Shown here piece by piece: positions 49,519-58,531 of a stretch of 64,000 nucleotides of DNA. Position numbers and translations under genes: made by a program. A model generated the notes under the pieces. The model worked only from the letters and a program-made list of their open reading frames with translations. It was not told the DNA's origin and made no database searches. This DNA is from Nannocystales bacterium. GTDB taxonomy: Bacteria > Myxococcota_A > Polyangia > Nannocystales > Nannocystaceae. Every line of letters begins with the position of its first letter. Positions within the stretch are counted from its first letter, which is position 1. The DNA is taken from contig JBOEGF010000027.1 of the NCBI GenBank assembly GCA_050633305.1, positions 31,403 through 95,402 of the forward strand, read 5' to 3'.

Positions 49519-50480
49519 GAGCCCCTGCTGCCATCCCAGCACTCGAGCGCGGCCGAGATCAAACTCGGCGGCGTCCCCATGTCGTTGAGCGCCGACGACG
49601 TGAAGCCGGGGAGCACGTCGATCACACGAGGGAGTCCCACGAAGTCCCTCCGGAAGCGTACCGTCGCGAACCCGACCAGCCCGACCGCTTCCACCGCACG
49701 CGCCGCAAGTCCCCGAACGATGGCGTCTTCGCGGGCAGGCCCCTCCAGTCGCGCACGTCCGCGGCGCTGCACAGTGTTGCTTGGGGCCGTCCGTACCCGG
49801 CCACTGGGGTCTCGGACGGTATCTACCCAAATTTCGCCCCCGGGGAGGTACTCGAGCACTTGCTCGTCATCCCCGACGCTCTCGGTCACATCCCTCACCA
49901 CCCGGCAACTGCCCGGCTCGTGGCTGTTGCGCTTGCGAACGGCAAGGGCGTCGAAGCCCTCGAACGCCGCGCCGGTCTCGGGCACAGGCACCACCGTCTC
50001 GAGGATGCTCAAGAGCTTCGCGCGGTCGCGGCACAAGTCCAACACCTTCGTCGTCGCCGCCACGACGACCAGACCGCGTTCATCGAAGGCACGGCGGGTC
50101 TTCGAGAACTTCCACGCCGCGTCGCGCTCGGTGGGGACCACAACCGTGGCGCCGGCGCGTCGAGCCGTCGCGAGCACCGCATCGACATAGCGAGGCGAGG
50201 TCGCCGGCGGAAGAATGTAGCAGCGGGTCGCGCGGGTTCCTCGGGGCTTCGCCGCCTCAGCGACGGAAAGGCCTACCACGACGTCGTAGCCCGCCTCGGC
50301 AAGCGCAACGAGGACGGCTGCGGTTGGACGAGTCGAGGACCCCGTCACCAGGACCCTCCCGGCCGCACCGGGTTGCAGTTGCGAGCTTCGATGCCAGCGA
50401 TAGCGACTCCCGTCGACGGATGCCTCGTTGCGAGGGGTCGCGGTGGAGGTCGGTCTGGAACGCGTTGGGTCCTTCATCAT
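49413..50480 (-). CDS. Degenerate ATP-grasp protein (paralog of the 58532 gene)
   Basis: RVLVTG, VVVPT, CRDRAKL, EYLPGGE, VRFRRDFVGLP; the EINPR motif is replaced by DVLPG; AGGAGG lies just upstream. Confidence 0.7.
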   Translation of the reverse strand: MMKDPTRSRPTSTATPRNEASVDGSRYRWHRSSQLQPGAAGRVLVTGSSTRPTAAVLVALAEAGYDVVVGLSVAEAAKPRGTRATRCYILPPATSPRYVDAVLATARRAGATVVVPTERDAAWKFSKTRRAFDERGLVVVAATTKVLDLCRDRAKLLSILETVVPVPETGAAFEGFDALAVRKRNSHEPGSCRVVRDVTESVGDDEQVLEYLPGGEIWVDTVRDPSGRVRTAPSNTVQRRGRARLEGPAREDAIVRGLAARAVEAVGLVGFATVRFRRDFVGLPRVIDVLPGFTSSALNDMGTPPSLISAALECWDGSRGSQGAANDGDSNIASSRSTMSSLDRGLATNRETRTE

Positions 50481-50492
50481 GTCCTCCTACAG

Positions 50493-50509
50493 AGCAAGGG
50501 TCGCGCCCA
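50493..50509 (-). promoter_or_regulatory. Possible sigma54 promoter
   Basis: Minus strand reads TGGGCGCGACCCTTGCT (GG-N10-GC, weaker -24). Confidence 0.45.
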
Positions 50510-50740
50510 GTCGGTTCACACACATGATTGGCAACAGTGTCGGCGTGTTGCCCTTGCGCCGTACACAGCCGTCACGGAATCGCTGTCTCGCGATTCTCAA
50601 CCTGGGGCACCTCGACAGCGCCGTCCGCCTCGCGCCGTGGACTGCCCGGGGTTGTACAGATCGAGGCAGACCCACGCCCAACGGCCGTTGTACGACACGA
50701 TCCAAGGAGACGGGACATGGGTCGGAGGGAGAGCCCCGGA

Positions 50741-50757
50741 CTGGCACGACTGTTGCT
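50741..50757 (+). promoter_or_regulatory. sigma54 -24/-12 promoter of the deacetylase-PHP-porin-GH16 operon
   Basis: CTGGCACGACTGTTGCT, a perfect TGGCACG-N4-TTGC match. Confidence 0.85.
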
Positions 50758-50771
50758 CTTCACGTCCGTCG

Positions 50772-51620
50772 ATGATGACCGCGAGCCCTACGAGTGACCT
50801 GTTGCCTGCCGTCCAGCCGACCTCGTCTGTACCTCAGCCAACCCCGCAGCCCCGGTGGCTCCCCGCCATCCGCTGGGCGGGAGCCACCGTCGCCTCACTC
50901 CTCTCTCGGCTCCCGCAGGTTCCCGAGCGACGGCACCATCAGGCGTCCCCGCGAGTGCTTCCCCTTCCACTCCCGTCCTCATCTCGAGCAGTGTCTCCCG
51001 CCCGTCGCCGTGCAACCGTGCTCGCCATCGGTGCTCACCCCGACGACGTCGAGATCGGGTGTGGCGGCACCCTCGCCTCGCACGTGGACCGCGGCGACCG
51101 AGTCGTCATCCTGACCCTCACCGCCGGTGAGCGTGCGGGAGAGCCGGCCGTGCGCAGCCAAGAGTCGGTCGCATCCGCGAGTTGCTTGGGGGCAGAGCTG
51201 GTGCTTCGGACACTCGACGACACCCGGATCTCCGAGGGTCCGACGACCATCAGTGCCATCGAGTCGGTCATCCGCAGGGTTGACCCTTCCGCTGTCTACG
51301 TACACACCGAGGCGGACCGACACCAAGACCATCGGAACGTCCACCGGGCCGCGATGGTCGCCACGCGCAACGTGCCCAGCGTGTACTGCTATCAGAGCCC
51401 GTCGAGCACGACCGACTTCAATCCAACCCGGTTCGTCCCGATCGCCGAACAGCTGACGACAAAGCTTCAGCTCCTCACACTGTACGGATCGCAGTCGAGC
51501 ACCAAGGCCTACCTCGCACCCGCGCTCATCGAGGCGACCGCGGTCTATTGGAGCCGATTTGCACGTGCGAGTCACGTTGAACCCTTCGAGGTCGTTCGCG
51601 AGCAAGCGGAGATCAAGTGA
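50772..51620 (+). CDS. PIG-L / LmbE-family N-deacetylase
   Basis: AIGAHPDDVEIGCGG, R..E, DRHQDH, YQSPS; low-complexity N-terminal extension; start uncertain. Confidence 0.88.
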   Translation: MMTASPTSDLLPAVQPTSSVPQPTPQPRWLPAIRWAGATVASLLSRLPQVPERRHHQASPRVLPLPLPSSSRAVSPARRRATVLAIGAHPDDVEIGCGGTLASHVDRGDRVVILTLTAGERAGEPAVRSQESVASASCLGAELVLRTLDDTRISEGPTTISAIESVIRRVDPSAVYVHTEADRHQDHRNVHRAAMVATRNVPSVYCYQSPSSTTDFNPTRFVPIAEQLTTKLQLLTLYGSQSSTKAYLAPALIEATAVYWSRFARASHVEPFEVVREQAEIK

Positions 51621-52315
51621 GACTCGACGAGGACATGCACGTCCACTCGACGTACTCCGATGGTCGAAACACGGTGGAGGAGGTCATCGACGTGGCAAAA
51701 CGCCGAGGCTTGCGCAGGATCGGGTTCGCGGACCACGTCCGGGCGAGCACCTCGTGGATCCCAGCCTACGTGAACCACCTCCAAAGAGCCCGGCGATGGT
51801 CAGGGCTGGAGGTGGTCATCGGCGTCGAGTCCAAGCTGTTGGATACTGCCGGGTCGCTGGACATGCCGGCCGATGCGACGGGAATCGAGCGTGTGCTCGT
51901 GGCCGACCATCGGCTCCCGATCGGCGACGAGTTGCTCGGACCTCGAGAGGTCCGCGAGCGCCTCGCCGAGGGCGTGATTCAGCGTGCCGAGGTCTGGAGC
52001 AGTCTGCTGACCGCGTACGAGGCATGCGCGTCGAGTCCGTATCCGCTCCAGCTCGCCCACCCCCTGAGTTTCTTGGCCAAGGTCGGCATCCCCGAGGCTG
52101 AGGTCCCCCTGCATCGGCTGGATCACCTTGCAGGGGTCCTCGCAGCGCGTGACGTCCTCGTCGAGGTGAGCGAACGCTGGCGCTGCCCGTCTCCAAGCAC
52201 CTTGGCGGTCTTCGCCCAAGCCGGCGTTCAGCTCGTAGCGAGTACGGACGCCCACGACATGCGGTCCGTTGGCCGCTACGAGTTCGTTCGATGCCTCGAT
52301 CTCGACCTCGCCTGA
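51617..52315 (+). CDS. PHP-domain metal-dependent phosphoesterase
   Basis: DMHVHSTYSDG, ADH, GVE, AHP, STDAH. Confidence 0.88.
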   Translation: MRLDEDMHVHSTYSDGRNTVEEVIDVAKRRGLRRIGFADHVRASTSWIPAYVNHLQRARRWSGLEVVIGVESKLLDTAGSLDMPADATGIERVLVADHRLPIGDELLGPREVRERLAEGVIQRAEVWSSLLTAYEACASSPYPLQLAHPLSFLAKVGIPEAEVPLHRLDHLAGVLAARDVLVEVSERWRCPSPSTLAVFAQAGVQLVASTDAHDMRSVGRYEFVRCLDLDLA

Positions 52316-53649
52316 ACCGTCCAGCGCCACGCTTCCGTGTCGCGGTCCTGGCGATGCTCGTGTCGTTCTCCGCGTGGCCCACGCTCAGCTCGGCTGCCGA
52401 AACCGCACTCGAGCCGTCGGTCTCCGACGACGCGGCCATCCTCGCCTACCACCGCGACGGTGCTGCCGCGCACGACCGACTCGCGACCGTCGTGGCCGAC
52501 GGTTCGAAGCACCCACGGGTGTTGCTGTACCTCGCCCTCGCGAAACGGGAACGCAGCGAGCTCGGGGCGGCGATCGAGATCTTGCGCGGTGCGCTGGAGT
52601 CCCCTTCGGACCTCGAGCGAGAGCTGCGTCTCGAGCTTGCGGTCACCCTCAGCTTCCAGGGTGCCCTCGTCGAGGCCCAAACAGAGTACGAGGCGGTCCT
52701 TCACCACACGCCGCAAGATCGCGCGGCGCGAACGGGGCGGGCTCGGATGCTCGCGTGGCAGGGACGACTCGCGGACGCACGAGCCGCCTTCGAAGCGCTA
52801 CTGAACGACGACGGTTCCGACATCCAGGCCTGGTTGGGGCTGGCGGCCGTCGAGTCCGCGGCCGTACGCCCGCGGGCAGCCCGTGCGGCCTACCAACAAG
52901 TTCTGGCGTTGGACGATTCGAACACAGAAGCCCAGCGTGGGCTTCGCCAACTCGCCGCCACCCCGCGCGCGCAGCTCAGTATCTTCGGCGGCTACGCCAA
53001 CATCGCGCAGACGCACCACGCGGGGCTCGCTGAAGTCGACGCCACGTATGAGCTCCGGTCTTACGCGACGCTCACTGGCGGCTACGCGTCGTCGGTGATG
53101 CGGTTCGACGACCCGATTTCTGCCGACCAATTCTCGCAGCAGCACGTCGCGAGGGCGGGCGTCGTCTTCAACATCCGCCGCCGGGTCTACCTGACCCCGG
53201 AGTACCAGGGGCTGGTGACCAACACCGCACATCACCACGGGCTCTCGCTGGGCCTCGCGGTCGTTGCCAACAAACACCTGACCCTGTCAGCAGCAGCACG
53301 CCCGGGCGCATGGAACGACGGACACGTGGATGTACTCGGTCGGGTGAGTGCAGAGGGGCAAGTTGGGAAACGCTTCCGTCCTTCCGCGCACCTGTACGTC
53401 TACCGCGACCCTCAGCGCGACCTCGAAAGCCAAGCCGTCGTGGGAAAGCTCAGCGTGGATGTGGTCCGTCGACTGACCATCACCGGAGGCGGTGGCTGGC
53501 AGTTCGACGGTGTTCATCACGGACAGATCGGCCTGGGTCAGCTCGACGTCTGGGCCAACGCTCGCATCGGATTCTTCGCCCGGTACGAAGTCTCCACGGG
53601 GGCATTCACCCGCCACGCCGCCGGTGCGGGACTGCGTCTGCGGTGGTGA
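52291..53649 (+). CDS. TPR plus C-terminal beta-barrel outer-membrane protein (YaiO / PgaA / BcsC-like export porin)
   Basis: Signal peptide, about 4-5 TPRs (ARMLAWQG..A, AWLGLA), amphipathic strands, terminal Trp (GLRLRW). Confidence 0.7.
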   Translation: MPRSRPRLNRPAPRFRVAVLAMLVSFSAWPTLSSAAETALEPSVSDDAAILAYHRDGAAAHDRLATVVADGSKHPRVLLYLALAKRERSELGAAIEILRGALESPSDLERELRLELAVTLSFQGALVEAQTEYEAVLHHTPQDRAARTGRARMLAWQGRLADARAAFEALLNDDGSDIQAWLGLAAVESAAVRPRAARAAYQQVLALDDSNTEAQRGLRQLAATPRAQLSIFGGYANIAQTHHAGLAEVDATYELRSYATLTGGYASSVMRFDDPISADQFSQQHVARAGVVFNIRRRVYLTPEYQGLVTNTAHHHGLSLGLAVVANKHLTLSAAARPGAWNDGHVDVLGRVSAEGQVGKRFRPSAHLYVYRDPQRDLESQAVVGKLSVDVVRRLTITGGGGWQFDGVHHGQIGLGQLDVWANARIGFFARYEVSTGAFTRHAAGAGLRLRW

Positions 53650-54323
53650 AATCCACCCGTCGCAGCTGGATGATAGGCGCAGCCGCCGCGAGCGGCTGTA
53701 CCGCGCTCCCGACGATCCCGGAGATCCCCGGGCGCTGGCTGGGGTATGCCGGGAGGCGTTGGGGAGTGCGAGACGACCCGTTCCCGGCCGACCCGGGGCT
53801 CAATCGATGGGCTGCCGGCCCTCGAGCGCTGAAGCGACGCGAGGGCCATCTCGAACTCACCAGCCGCACAGACCAAACCGGGCCATGGGGCGTTGAGTTG
53901 TGGACCCCACTCTCGACGCCAACCCGACTCGAGTTCGAGGTCACTCCCCAGCAAGGAGGTCTCCATCCAGACGACGTGGTCGGCCTCTTCCTGTATCGAG
54001 ACGGGCGCTGCGAGGTGGACATCGAACTGACGCGGTGGGGAGATCCCCAAGGACCCGACACATTCCACACGTTCGCGGACCGACGGGTCCGGAGTGCGCC
54101 CCTTGGAGCGTCGACCCGCCGCACGCAGCACGCCCTGCAACTCAGCCCTACCCACGTGCGACTCGAATCGCACGGTCCGCTCGGCGCCTTGGTCTCCGAG
54201 GCAGAGTTGTGCGCGTGCGCCACCGCGAGTCACATCCTACGCATCAACGTGTGGCGTCGCGATGTGCAAGTGCGGCCCCCGACCCTCGTGCACGTGAGCG
54301 TGGGGTTCGAGCCGCAAACCTGA
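53646..54323 (+). CDS. GH16-like glycoside hydrolase, probable Tat lipoprotein
   Basis: STRRSW..ASGC signal; VVGLFLY..EVDIELTRWG contains the ExDxE catalytic motif; GTGA overlap with the porin. Confidence 0.65.
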   Translation: MKSTRRSWMIGAAAASGCTALPTIPEIPGRWLGYAGRRWGVRDDPFPADPGLNRWAAGPRALKRREGHLELTSRTDQTGPWGVELWTPLSTPTRLEFEVTPQQGGLHPDDVVGLFLYRDGRCEVDIELTRWGDPQGPDTFHTFADRRVRSAPLGASTRRTQHALQLSPTHVRLESHGPLGALVSEAELCACATASHILRINVWRRDVQVRPPTLVHVSVGFEPQT

Positions 54324-54324
54324 C

Positions 54325-56502
54325 TCACCGTGAAGCGCGGCGACGCAAGGTGAGAATGACCAGGCCGACAATGATCGCCGAGCAAAGCAGCCACACCAGG
54401 TTCAACATCCGGCGCGCTCTCGACTCTCGACTCTGTGGCGCCGACATCTCGCTGCTCGGTCGGGCTTCCTCGGACACCGCCCTGCGCGGGGCCGGCTGAG
54501 CAGGGACATCAAAAGTTTCCCACCGTCCGTCGCGAGTCAGAAGGGCCTTCCGCCCGATCATCCCTCCAAGCGGGGGCACAGGGGCCCCCTCCGCGAGCGT
54601 CGCGGGGACGAACTCCAACCCCGGTCCGGCAAGCCCGAGGTAGGCCGTACGGCTCGAATCCACGAGGGGCAGCGAGAAGATGCCGCCCTCGTCGAGCCAG
54701 TGCGCAGTCGAGCCAGACTGCGTTCCGCGGATGCCAGACGAAGCCGATGGGTCCATCACCACGTGCACCGCGGGCACCGCCTCCCCGGCACCTTCGAACG
54801 CGTACCCCGGACCACCCCCGACGACGGAAAGCGGGAAGAGGAACGCAGCGACCTGATGCGTCTGCGCAGGGGTCGCGACAGAGGGCCACACCACAGGTAC
54901 GGTTTCCCCGTCGGCAATGCGACGCGCATACCAGCCGGCGATCCCAGTCGGCGGCGGAGCGGCGTACGGCACCCGCAAGGCGGCCTCCGGCTCGATGACG
55001 AGCCAGGGCAGGCCCCCCACGTTTTCCTCGCATCGTTCCTGGTCTCCCCCAAGGGAGACCTCGACCTCGATAGGCCACGAGGTCCTCGACCACCATGCCC
55101 TCGGGACCCGTACTGCCAGCTCGGTGGTCTCGTTGGCCTCGAAGTCCTCGAGATCGAAGCTTGCGACGCCTCGGCCGGCAATGCGAACCGAGAGAACCGC
55201 GTCTCGCCCTGCCTGGCCCCCGCTCCAGCGCACCGGGAGATGCAGGACCGGCCATCGCTCGATCACTGCGCCAGCGGGCGGCGACCAATCGAACGCGAGG
55301 ACGTGGCGCCCCCCCCCCCGGGCCTCCCAACCATCGGGGAAGCCAGCGGCGGTCAGCGTCATTGCGACATCGGGACCCATCCGCTCCTGGTCTCGGCGCG
55401 CGCTGGCCGGGTTCTTGCCGTCGGTGTCCGCAACCAGGCACGCACCCTCCCCACACAGCTGTCGGAACTGCGCCGACGCGAGGGCAAGCACGACCTGAGG
55501 GAGTTCCTCCTCGGTGCGGGCGAGAACCCTCAGCACCGAAGAGGACCCTTCCACCACGCCTGCTGCCCTCGGGGCGTCATCGAGTTTCGCGTCGAGTTCG
55601 GTCCACGACGCCGGAGCCGACGTTCGGGTCGCAAGTTCGACACGGGGGCCCGCTGCGGCGCCGGAGCGGACACCGGGGTGCTCGACCTCGAGACCCCAGC
55701 TGCGTAGCATGTGATCTGCACGGACGGCTGCCCGCGACGCGTGGACGTCCCCTTGCGGGGCGAGAACCGCCACGGACTCGGGCGCCACCTCCCGCCACCT
55801 CGCAGGGAGAGCCCGCAGAGGGACGGTTCCGGCGCCGCCGGGCGCATGCTCGACGGTCGACTCCTCATCGACGACCAACCAAAGACTCAGGTCATCTCGC
55901 ACGCAGTCTCGCTGACGTGGAACGAGACTCGCATCCAGCTCAATGCTGTGCACCCCAGGCTTCAGCAGGCCCAAGCCCACACTCCATCCTTCCTCGCCCA
56001 CGGCCTCCTCCAGTGACAGGGAGGCTCGAGGCGTCCCATCCACGGACAACCGAACGACGCTCGCCGCCTTGTCAACCTGGGCGGACGCCCGGAGCCGAAG
56101 AAGGGCCGATGCGGGCTCCCTCGATGGCCCGACGTCAATGGAGACGCGATGCTCGACTCGGCGGCCGTTGAGGACGACGTCTTCAGGATGAACCGCGCGT
56201 GTCTGCGCCCAAGCCATCGATGGCGCGGAGATCGGTACGACCACCCCTGCGCACACCAAGACGCCTATGCTAAGGTTGAACGCACGGCGAAGGAGACCCG
56301 TCCCGAGATGACTGCGGACGCCCCATCGACCTCCACCAGGCTCCAGGCCAGCCGGATCAGGGGGCACCGAGAGCGGCTTCGGACCCTCAAACGAGAGGTC
56401 CGTTGGCTCAAGCGTGCGGCGCTCCTCCTCGCATTCGTGAACATCGTGCTCCTCGGTGCGGTGCTGTGGGGCTTCCACTGGGAGAGGTTCGGTGGCTGAC
56501 AT
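54325..56502 (-). CDS. BcsB-like periplasmic co-polymerase subunit (start uncertain, may be near 56260)
   Basis: Hydrophobic leader ending AWA, two repeated jelly-roll-like modules (LSVDG..SL / LSVRIAG..SF; C..LWLVVDEES / C..PWLVIEPEA), single C-terminal TM anchor followed by RRR. Confidence 0.6.
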   Translation of the reverse strand: MSATEPLPVEAPQHRTEEHDVHECEEERRTLEPTDLSFEGPKPLSVPPDPAGLEPGGGRWGVRSHLGTGLLRRAFNLSIGVLVCAGVVVPISAPSMAWAQTRAVHPEDVVLNGRRVEHRVSIDVGPSREPASALLRLRASAQVDKAASVVRLSVDGTPRASLSLEEAVGEEGWSVGLGLLKPGVHSIELDASLVPRQRDCVRDDLSLWLVVDEESTVEHAPGGAGTVPLRALPARWREVAPESVAVLAPQGDVHASRAAVRADHMLRSWGLEVEHPGVRSGAAAGPRVELATRTSAPASWTELDAKLDDAPRAAGVVEGSSSVLRVLARTEEELPQVVLALASAQFRQLCGEGACLVADTDGKNPASARRDQERMGPDVAMTLTAAGFPDGWEARGGGRHVLAFDWSPPAGAVIERWPVLHLPVRWSGGQAGRDAVLSVRIAGRGVASFDLEDFEANETTELAVRVPRAWWSRTSWPIEVEVSLGGDQERCEENVGGLPWLVIEPEAALRVPYAAPPPTGIAGWYARRIADGETVPVVWPSVATPAQTHQVAAFLFPLSVVGGGPGYAFEGAGEAVPAVHVVMDPSASSGIRGTQSGSTAHWLDEGGIFSLPLVDSSRTAYLGLAGPGLEFVPATLAEGAPVPPLGGMIGRKALLTRDGRWETFDVPAQPAPRRAVSEEARPSSEMSAPQSRESRARRMLNLVWLLCSAIIVGLVILTLRRRASR
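55309..55319 (-). repeat. G11 homopolymer tract inside the BcsB-like CDS
   Basis: Eleven consecutive C on the plus strand; encodes RGGG in frame. Confidence 0.9.
56308..56499 (+). CDS. Small single-pass membrane protein
   Basis: MTADAP..basic coiled coil..AALLLAFVNIVLLGAVLWGF; AAGGAG upstream. Confidence 0.4.
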   Translation: MTADAPSTSTRLQASRIRGHRERLRTLKREVRWLKRAALLLAFVNIVLLGAVLWGFHWERFGG

Positions 56503-56710
56503 CTCCGAGCCAGGCTCCTTGGCCGACCGCCTCGAGCCTCGCGGCGAGATCGATGCAGGCGTCGAATCCGATGCCGACTTCCGGCTCACTGTCTCGATCG
56601 ACTTGCACCGCGAGCGAGCGCTGATGCTTCGTGTTGTGGTCGTGGTCGAGGTCATCGTGGCCCTGGTCCTCGTCCGCGAAGCGATTCTGTTGTTCTTGCT
56701 GCCAGAGTGA
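56492..56710 (+). CDS. Small membrane protein
   Basis: GTG start overlapping the previous stop; C-terminal hydrophobic stretch LMLRVVVVVEVIVALVLV. Confidence 0.45.
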   Translation: MADISEPGSLADRLEPRGEIDAGVESDADFRLTVSIDLHRERALMLRVVVVVEVIVALVLVREAILLFLLPE

Positions 56711-56714
56711 CACC

Positions 56715-57062
56715 GTGGCCCCAACCACCGAAGACATGGCGAAGACCGTTGCCGGCTTGGTGAAGGCGGGATTCCGGGTCAGTTTGGAGCGGGACAACAA
56801 GACTCGGGGAGACGTGACCGTCTACGAACGTCTGCGATGGACGCTGACCCGCGCGAAGTCGGTTCAGCTCGAGCTCGAAGCCCTCGACTACCCGGACGGA
56901 ACCGCGGCCTTCTACCTGCAGGTGACCGACTATCACGGGCTGAGCACGCCGAGCTTTCCCCTGGATTCTTGGAAGCTGTGGCCGGCGCGGATTGAGTTCA
57001 AGTTCTACACCCACCCAGAGTCGGGCCAGGGCCTCACCTTCACGCTCGACCTCGAGGCGTGA
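56715..57062 (+). CDS. Small soluble hypothetical protein
   Basis: Protein-like composition, GC3-rich codons, stops 2 bp from the convergent GT2 stop. Confidence 0.6.
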   Translation: MAPTTEDMAKTVAGLVKAGFRVSLERDNKTRGDVTVYERLRWTLTRAKSVQLELEALDYPDGTAAFYLQVTDYHGLSTPSFPLDSWKLWPARIEFKFYTHPESGQGLTFTLDLEA

Positions 57063-57064
57063 CA

Positions 57065-58528
57065 TCAGCCCACCTTTCCCGTCTTGACGGTCTTGTCCCA
57101 CTTCATGTCCGCCCCGCGCAGCTCTGCGACGTAGGACGCAAACGTCACCGCGCAGAGAAACGCCCCATAGCCACCGAGGTAGAGGAAGACCGGGGCAAGC
57201 GAAGCCCAGCGCGTCCCTTCAAGCCGCTTGGCGACCCAAGCCACAACCATGGACAGTGAGAGCCACGCGTAGAGGAAGAGCACCGCGACGTGGCCGAACC
57301 AGTGCCCCGGAGGCGGTGCCACGAGGTCCACGACGGGCTGCGTCACAAACGGAAACAACGCATGCACAATGACCGCAAGCGAGATCAACCCGGGGAACAA
57401 GAAGCCCTCGGCCCAGGACTTCCGGCACGACTCCCAGTCCACCACGAAAGACGCGAGGGTGACGAACACATAGACGAGCCCGGCCACGATCCACAAGCCT
57501 CGAAACAAGGACCACGACCAGCTCGGGTCCAGCACGTACAGCGTGATGAGCCCCACCGAAGCTCCGATCTGAAACAAAGGCATGAGAAACAGCGAGAACC
57601 ACAGAAAAGCCATCGTCCACGACCCGAGCACCCCGCCATTGCTTCGACGCGCCCAAATGTCACGAAACTCCCGCGTCACCTGAACGTTGCCACGCCCCCA
57701 ACGCACGCGCTGCTTCCACAACCCCACGAGACCATCGGGCTCTTCGGCATAGACGACAGCGTTGGGCTCGAACATCGCCACGCGTCCGCAGAGTTGCGTC
57801 CGGAACGTGGTGAAGGTGTCTTCCGCCAACGTGTCGTGGAAGATCTTGCCCCCGATCGCCATGAGGTTCTCCCGGGTGTGCAGCTGCGCCCCTCCGGAAA
57901 GGCACGCAAGAAATCCGAATGCGTTCTGGGCCCTTCTCGAGCAACCCGTGGCGGTCACGTACTCGAACGTGATGAACCGCTGGACGTAGTTGGGGGCCCG
58001 ACTGCCCTCCTTGATGTTGGCAGTCACCGCACCGACCGAGGGGTCGGCGAGATGTCGCGCCATCTTGCGCAACGAATCTTCCGTATAGATGACGTCGGCA
58101 TCCATGATGAGCAGCGCTTCCGCCCAGTCGCTCTTCCAGATGATGTCCAGACCGTAGTTGAGCGTCGCGGCCTTGCCCTCGCCGCCCGCCACCCGACGCA
58201 CGTGGACAACCTGCCTGGGGTATTCCTTGCTCTTCTCGATCGCGACATCAGGAGTTGCGTCCGTCGACGCGTCATCGACGAGATATACGCGGAGGCGGTC
58301 CTGGGGATAGTTCAGGGCCATCAACCGATCGATAGATGTGGCGATCACCGCCTCCTCGTTCCATGCCGGAATGACGACCGCGAGCCGCGGCGTGTGGTCG
58401 TGGGAGGCCTCGAGGTGGGTGTGAAACGCCGACCCGAGGACGAAGAGATACTGGTACAGGCCCGAGAGGACAGGCAAGACCCCGAGGCACACTGCGAGCG
58501 TCGCGACGGCTGAGACAAGGATGACCAC
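57065..58528 (-). CDS. Processive membrane GT2 polysaccharide synthase
   Basis: IPAWNEE, DDASTD, GK, DAD, LAEDT, QRVRW; one N-terminal and about 5 C-terminal TM helices; no PilZ domain. Confidence 0.9.
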   Translation of the reverse strand: MVILVSAVATLAVCLGVLPVLSGLYQYLFVLGSAFHTHLEASHDHTPRLAVVIPAWNEEAVIATSIDRLMALNYPQDRLRVYLVDDASTDATPDVAIEKSKEYPRQVVHVRRVAGGEGKAATLNYGLDIIWKSDWAEALLIMDADVIYTEDSLRKMARHLADPSVGAVTANIKEGSRAPNYVQRFITFEYVTATGCSRRAQNAFGFLACLSGGAQLHTRENLMAIGGKIFHDTLAEDTFTTFRTQLCGRVAMFEPNAVVYAEEPDGLVGLWKQRVRWGRGNVQVTREFRDIWARRSNGGVLGSWTMAFLWFSLFLMPLFQIGASVGLITLYVLDPSWSWSLFRGLWIVAGLVYVFVTLASFVVDWESCRKSWAEGFLFPGLISLAVIVHALFPFVTQPVVDLVAPPPGHWFGHVAVLFLYAWLSLSMVVAWVAKRLEGTRWASLAPVFLYLGGYGAFLCAVTFASYVAELRGADMKWDKTVKTGKVG

Positions 58529-58531
58529 GGG

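Noticed and set aside
54325..58528. Canonical cellulose (bcs) or PNAG (pga) operon
   Set aside because: The GT2 has no PilZ domain; no GH8 BcsZ, CE4/GH153 PgaB or recognisable PgaD; the accessory enzymes differ, so bcs and pga symbols were withheld.
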